Positions 59,873 through 64,000 of a stretch of DNA of 64,000 nucleotides are shown here, piece by piece. Location of the stretch: the IMG/VR virus record IMGVR_UViG_3300032287_004484, positions 186,001-250,000 of that record; one strand, written 5' to 3'. How positions within the stretch are numbered: the stretch's first letter is position 1; each line of letters begins with the position of its first letter. The translations under genes and the position numbers were made by a program. Under the pieces are notes generated by a model. The model made no database searches. It saw only the letters and a program-made list of their open reading frames with translations, and had not been told where the DNA came from.

Positions 59873-59990
59873 TTTCATTAGTGATTCAGATGTTGCAATG
59901 ACAGAATATAAAATAATTGAAAAAAATGCTAAAACAGAAATCAGATTTTACGATTCAGGTGAAAAATATCGTTGTACTCTAACAAAATAA
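59823..59990 (+). CDS. small exported/membrane protein
   Basis: MVKNLIVLAAVLVLL; GAGGAGG SD. Confidence 0.55.
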   Translation: MVKNLIVLAAVLVLLNNFISDSDVAMTEYKIIEKNAKTEIRFYDSGEKYRCTLTK

Positions 59991-60020
59991 AAAAATAAAA
60001 CCTAAAAGGGAAAGAAAACT

Positions 60021-60545
60021 ATGAAAACAGAACCATGGATTCAAAAACAATACTTCTCACAAGAAGAAGCATTTAAAATTGGGGAATCTGAATTTTTTAA
60101 TTTTTTTGAAAGCAAAAAATTAAAATTTGGAGTAGCATTAACATCTGGAGTTGTTGGTACAATTAGTAATTATCACGCAGTTAGACACCAAATATCTGAA
60201 TCAAGGTTCGATATGATAGGCTCTCATTATGCTGATATATACGCTATTGGATTAACTGCTTTTTTAGATATGATGATTATAGTTTTTTATCTTATGAGGG
60301 ATAAAAAATTAATTAACATATCTACTTTTTCAACATTCACTATTTCTGTATATGCTAACTTGATGTTATCTCTTCACAGTGCTGGTGGATCAACTTTTAA
60401 AAATTTACTTCTTAGTTTTTTAGATCCTGGACAATTTTTTCATTTATTCGTATCTTTAACTATGGCGACACTTCCAATCTTTGTATTAAAACACTGTATG
60501 GGATTATTAGTTCAACAATTAGAAAGTGAAAAAACTAACGCTTAA
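60021..60545 (+). CDS. multi-pass membrane protein
   Basis: About 4 hydrophobic segments. Confidence 0.7.
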   Translation: MKTEPWIQKQYFSQEEAFKIGESEFFNFFESKKLKFGVALTSGVVGTISNYHAVRHQISESRFDMIGSHYADIYAIGLTAFLDMMIIVFYLMRDKKLINISTFSTFTISVYANLMLSLHSAGGSTFKNLLLSFLDPGQFFHLFVSLTMATLPIFVLKHCMGLLVQQLESEKTNA

Positions 60546-60557
60546 GCGTTAGTTTTT
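60530..60557 (+). terminator. intrinsic terminator
   Basis: aaaactaacgc-ttaa-gcgttagtttt. Confidence 0.8.
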
Positions 60558-60573
60558 TGTTTAGATGTTAATA

Positions 60574-60611
60574 TTTTAGGATTAATCATTGTATTAAAAT
60601 GTAAGTATAAT
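60574..60611 (+). promoter_or_regulatory. conserved phage promoter
   Basis: TTTTAGGAT-TAATCA-17 bp-TATAAT. Confidence 0.72.
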
Positions 60612-60630
60612 TATCTAGTAGGTAATAAAA

Positions 60631-60966
60631 TTGAAAGAAAATTCTATTGTTAGACAATTAGTAAAAGTTTTAGAAGAAAAAACTCTAAAAAGAAAACAAA
60701 TGATTGAAGAAATTTGGAGAATCTCTGGAAGAAAAGATCCAATTAATTATTCATCTTGGTCAACAAACATTACTAAATTATATCAACTTGGTATTTTAAG
60801 AAAGCATAAGAAAATAGGATATTGGTGTGTACCTGGAACTTCTAAATTAAAATATTTTTATACTGGACCTTTTAATTATATAAAAGAAGGTATTATAAAT
60901 GAAGATGATCTTACACACCTTATGGTTAAAAAATTTGTAGAACAAAATGCTGATCAATTTATTTAA
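60631..60966 (+). CDS. hypothetical protein, possible winged-helix DNA-binding protein
   Basis: Basic; ITKLYQLGILRK..GYW pattern. Confidence 0.55.
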   Translation: MKENSIVRQLVKVLEEKTLKRKQMIEEIWRISGRKDPINYSSWSTNITKLYQLGILRKHKKIGYWCVPGTSKLKYFYTGPFNYIKEGIINEDDLTHLMVKKFVEQNADQFI

Positions 60967-61004
60967 AAATAAACATTCATTTTATTAATAAATAAAATGA
61001 GTTA

Positions 61005-61301
61005 ATGAATGATTATATTAGTGTCTCAAAATTTAACGATTCTGTTATTATTTACATTTATAGAAAAAATTATGTTTATTCAAATCTTATTATTACTTTT
61101 ATGAATCCAACTAAATATTTAACTCTTAGAAGGAAATTAAAAAATAATTGGTTTGTATATTACACGACTATGCCTTTTACAAAAAATAAAAATCAACTTA
61201 TAAATAAAGATAAACTTAGGTATTTATTATCTATTTCTTTTAATAAAGAAAACAATAGTAATTTTCATGTAGAACATGGCTTTGAGGAGTATTTTATATA
61301 A
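61005..61301 (+). CDS. small protein with C-terminal tag (FEEYFI)
   Basis: 98-aa ORF. Confidence 0.6.
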   Translation: MNDYISVSKFNDSVIIYIYRKNYVYSNLIITFMNPTKYLTLRRKLKNNWFVYYTTMPFTKNKNQLINKDKLRYLLSISFNKENNSNFHVEHGFEEYFI

Positions 61302-61398
61302 TGATATTTTCAAAATTTGAGATCAATTAATTGAAAAATATTTTAAATATTTAAAAACATTAAAAATAAGTGATCAAAATTTAATCAGTTTTCAAGTT

Positions 61399-61427
61399 TA
61401 AACATTCAAATATATTTACTATATAAT
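61399..61427 (+). promoter_or_regulatory. promoter (variant upstream box TTTTCAAGTT)
   Basis: TAAACA-17 bp-TATAAT. Confidence 0.65.
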
Positions 61428-61540
61428 AATAATAGGGAATATTTTTATTATAAACACATAATAGAGGAAAATATTTTTGAATAGCGATATAATAACACTT
61501 AAAGATATTTATGAAATTACTAAAAACACTGGAAAACTGA

Positions 61541-62047
61541 ATGGCTTTTATGAACATGATTTATCAAACTTCTTATGCTGAAGCAAAAAAAATTCTTAAA
61601 GATTGTAAAAAGAGTAAAAAAAGGGATCTTGAGAACGAAAAAAGATTATTAAGATATAAAGAGTATGCAATTTATTATGCTAGTAATATTATTAAAGGTA
61701 GATGGGAAGATTTAGAAAAAAATTTTTTAAGATCAAATGGAAGAGTTAATTCTAAAGAAATCGTTCTTTATTGTCGTAGAGTAATAAAAAAAAGATGGAT
61801 AAAAAGTGAAAAAAAGATTTTATTATATTCTGATGCTTCTTATTATTATTCTCTTTATATAATAAAAGGTAGATGGGAAAAAGGAGAAAAAAAAATATCT
61901 AATAGTCCATATTATTCTTTTTTATATGCTAAGCATGTTTTAAAAGATTATTTTGAATTAGGAAATGAAATTATTTTAGATTCTGACTATGCTAACGATT
62001 ATAGACAATTTTTAATTGATATAAATAAGGTAGAATATTTATTGTGA
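61541..62047 (+). CDS. alpha-helical repeat protein with C-terminal tag (KVEYLL)
   Basis: YYASNIIKGRWEDLE, YCRRVIKKRWIKSE, YYSLYIIKGRWEKGE, LYAKHVL. Confidence 0.72.
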   Translation: MAFMNMIYQTSYAEAKKILKDCKKSKKRDLENEKRLLRYKEYAIYYASNIIKGRWEDLEKNFLRSNGRVNSKEIVLYCRRVIKKRWIKSEKKILLYSDASYYYSLYIIKGRWEKGEKKISNSPYYSFLYAKHVLKDYFELGNEIILDSDYANDYRQFLIDINKVEYLL

Positions 62048-62322
62048 ATTGTTATTTAGTGTATAGTTTATATATAAATAAAATTGATGTATTTTACTTA
62101 TATTTTAAAAAAGAAGAAAAAATAAAAATGTTTTCTTTTGCTGGGACTATATGTAACATTGATCCATTATCAACAGAAGGTTTTAACGAAGTGTTTCCAA
62201 CTAATAGCTGGAAAAGAATACCATTTAATGAGGATAATATATATGAGATAAAAAATGAAATAACAGCGTTATCTGAAAAACAATTTTTAGAAAAATTAAA
62301 ACTACAAGAGTGGCAAATTTAA
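62044..62322 (+). CDS. small protein with C-terminal tag (LQEWQI)
   Basis: GTGA-coupled. Confidence 0.62.
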   Translation: MNCYLVYSLYINKIDVFYLYFKKEEKIKMFSFAGTICNIDPLSTEGFNEVFPTNSWKRIPFNEDNIYEIKNEITALSEKQFLEKLKLQEWQI

Positions 62323-62600
62323 TGAAAAATAAAAAAAGATTATATATAGAAGATTCAAAGATAACAAATAAAATACTTAATATTTTAGTTATAGATACCG
62401 ATAAAGATATAGTTATACATCAAAAAAAAGAATTTAAAATAAAAAAAATAGAAACATATTATAAAAATATTATTAAAGATTCAATACCAATATCAGATAA
62501 ATATTATGAACTGTTTAGTAAAATAAATTTAATTCATTTTTGTTGTTTAAATAGACAAGAATTTTTACAAGCATGTTTATTGGAGGAATGGACATTATGA
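62322..62600 (+). CDS. small protein with C-terminal tag (LEEWTL)
   Basis: TAATG-coupled start MKNKK. Confidence 0.62.
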   Translation: MKNKKRLYIEDSKITNKILNILVIDTDKDIVIHQKKEFKIKKIETYYKNIIKDSIPISDKYYELFSKINLIHFCCLNRQEFLQACLLEEWTL

Positions 62601-62770
62601 ATAATACTTTTTATCAAGGATTAAAAGGTAAAAATATATATCAAATAATAGATCAATATCTTGATAATCGTAATGAATTTAAAATTCTTTATAAGCAAAA
62701 AGATAAAGATAAATTTTTTGTTAAAAATGAAAAAGATTTTTTCAAAATCTTTAAAAAGACTTTTTTATGA
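62597..62770 (+). CDS. hypothetical protein
   Basis: ATGA-coupled, GGAGG SD. Confidence 0.55.
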   Translation: MNNTFYQGLKGKNIYQIIDQYLDNRNEFKILYKQKDKDKFFVKNEKDFFKIFKKTFL

Positions 62771-62946
62771 AAATAAAAATTCTTTTTTGTTATATAACGA
62801 TAGGAACTATTTTAGGTTTAATTTTTTATTTCTTAGACGATTCTTATATTGAAGAACAAGATAAAATAAAGATGTTTGCTTTGTTTTCTCTTTTTTATCC
62901 AATAATGATAATTATAAGAATATTGTTATTTTTTAAGAAAAGATAA
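62767..62946 (+). CDS. small two-TM membrane protein (59 aa, absent from ORF track)
   Basis: MKIKILFCYITIGTILGLIFYFL...FSLFYPIMIIIRILLFFKKR; ATGA-coupled. Confidence 0.6.
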   Translation: MKIKILFCYITIGTILGLIFYFLDDSYIEEQDKIKMFALFSLFYPIMIIIRILLFFKKR

Positions 62947-63077
62947 AAAGTAATTAGTTTTTAATTTATCATCTATATAATACTCATTTCTTTTATTAGA
63001 AGAAACATCCTCACAATGATGCTTCTTTCCATCTTTAATAACTTGCTTACATGTTCCACAAATTAAAACTTCTTTCT

Positions 63078-63362
63078 TCATTTTATCCATCCTTTATACC
63101 ATTGTAAAATTACTATTTTTGCTTCACTTGATTTACGATTCATTTTTTTATATCTAGGTGCTAGAACTGGACAATCTATTTTTTCTAAAGCTTTTTGAAG
63201 ATCTTGAAATTCTTCAATATCAAACTGTTCAAAAATATTATTATCTCCAAAATTACACTTTTTATTAAAAATACTAAAAGCTTCAAACTTTGAAAACTCG
63301 CCGCCAATTATTGCTCCAGAATAATCTTCAGAACCTTTTTTACTTATTTTATATATACTCAC
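63078..63362 (-). CDS. hypothetical protein
   Basis: GTG start with AGGAG SD after promoter. Confidence 0.6.
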   Translation of the reverse strand: MSIYKISKKGSEDYSGAIIGGEFSKFEAFSIFNKKCNFGDNNIFEQFDIEEFQDLQKALEKIDCPVLAPRYKKMNRKSSEAKIVILQWYKGWIK

Positions 63363-63384
63363 GCTATTTCTCCTTCTAGTATAT

Positions 63385-63422
63385 AGAATACTAGAATTTT
63401 GAGTAGATGCATAAACCTAAAA
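63385..63422 (-). promoter_or_regulatory. conserved phage promoter
   Basis: TTTTAGGTT-TATGCA-17 bp-TATTCT on minus strand. Confidence 0.7.
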
Positions 63423-63432
63423 GTATATCATA

Positions 63433-63768
63433 TTAAATTAGATATTCCTCTAATTTAAGAGTTGTAAAAAGATCCTCTAAACTTTGACTAAAAATTTGAT
63501 TAGGATGAAGTCCTAATATATAATTTAATTGTTGAGGTGTCAAAACAAATACTTCATCCTCAGGATAACTAACTAAATACTCTTCATATAATTCATCGTT
63601 TAAAATAAAATCAACATAGTTATCACCTATTAAATCATTTTTTTTATCAAACTCATTAACGATTGATGGATCATATATTTTTTTATTTTCTAAATCAAAT
63701 AAAACGCATTCAATTATTTGATGATTAATTTGATGGCAATTAAGATAAATATAATAACTGTTTTTCAT
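63433..63768 (-). CDS. small protein with C-terminal tag (LEEYLI)
   Basis: ATGA-coupled. Confidence 0.65.
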   Translation of the reverse strand: MKNSYYIYLNCHQINHQIIECVLFDLENKKIYDPSIVNEFDKKNDLIGDNYVDFILNDELYEEYLVSYPEDEVFVLTPQQLNYILGLHPNQIFSQSLEDLFTTLKLEEYLI

Positions 63769-63998
63769 ATCACTAGCTCATATAATTTATTTTCAATAAA
63801 ATATTCATTAATATATTCTGATTTCATAGATTTTGGTCTATTCCTTTTTAAGTTAAAAAAAGTTTTTAAATTTAAAGGATACATTTTTTTTATATTAACA
63901 TCATATATATGATCATATTTAACATCCTTTAAAAGTAATCTTTCTAAATTAAAAGTTTTTTTGATATCATAACGTTTATCAAAATAACGAAATTCCAT
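63765..63998 (-). CDS. small protein with C-terminal tag (LYELVI)
   Basis: TAATG start at the window edge. Confidence 0.6.
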   Translation of the reverse strand: MEFRYFDKRYDIKKTFNLERLLLKDVKYDHIYDVNIKKMYPLNLKTFFNLKRNRPKSMKSEYINEYFIENKLYELVI

Positions 63999-64000
63999 TA

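Noticed and set aside
60631-60966. NADQFI ending counted as a tag member
   Set aside because: Only the acidic -4 and Ile -1 match; no aromatic residue at -3, so it was left out of the count
62950-63077. Minus-strand CxxC-containing frame (NCGTC...HHC) after the 63078 gene
   Set aside because: No start codon in that frame; the competing ATGA-coupled 35-aa ORF is equally weak
49229-63998. Integron-like DNA recombination site at the 3' ends of the tagged genes
   Set aside because: Nucleotide sequences vary synonymously, and there is no attC-like inverted structure or integrase
1-64000. Stop-codon reassignment
   Set aside because: Conserved genes are full length under the standard code; TAG and TGA terminate genes right before the next start (e.g. 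30027, 49432)

Overview
Very AT-rich 64-kb segment of a large T4-superfamily-like (probably jumbo) myophage, standard genetic code. 1-39 kb holds the head and tail morphogenesis genes: prohead protease gp21, scaffold gp22, major capsid gp23, neck gp13/gp14, tail terminator gp15, sheath gp18 and tube gp19. These are interspersed with very large unknown proteins, a GIY-YIG/NUMOD3 homing endonuclease plus DNA methyltransferase, a di-heme cytochrome c peroxidase-like gene, a MoxR/CobS AAA+ ATPase, a DinG-like helicase and a glycosyltransferase. 39-48 kb holds gp46/gp47 (SbcC/SbcD), a PD-(D/E)XK nuclease and a tandem paralogue pair. 48-64 kb is an accessory region with tRNA-Leu(UAA), tRNA-Asn(GUU), an M23 peptidase, an AAA+ ATPase/vWA-metallopeptidase pair and many small ORFs driven by a conserved promoter (TTTTAGGTT-TAnnCA-17 bp-TATAAT-like). 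The most striking unexplained signal is that 13 small accessory proteins (14 with a frameshifted ORF), of at least three different architectures, end in the same C-terminal tag, E-[aromatic]-x-[I/L]-stop. All product calls come from motifs recognised by eye; no database search was run.
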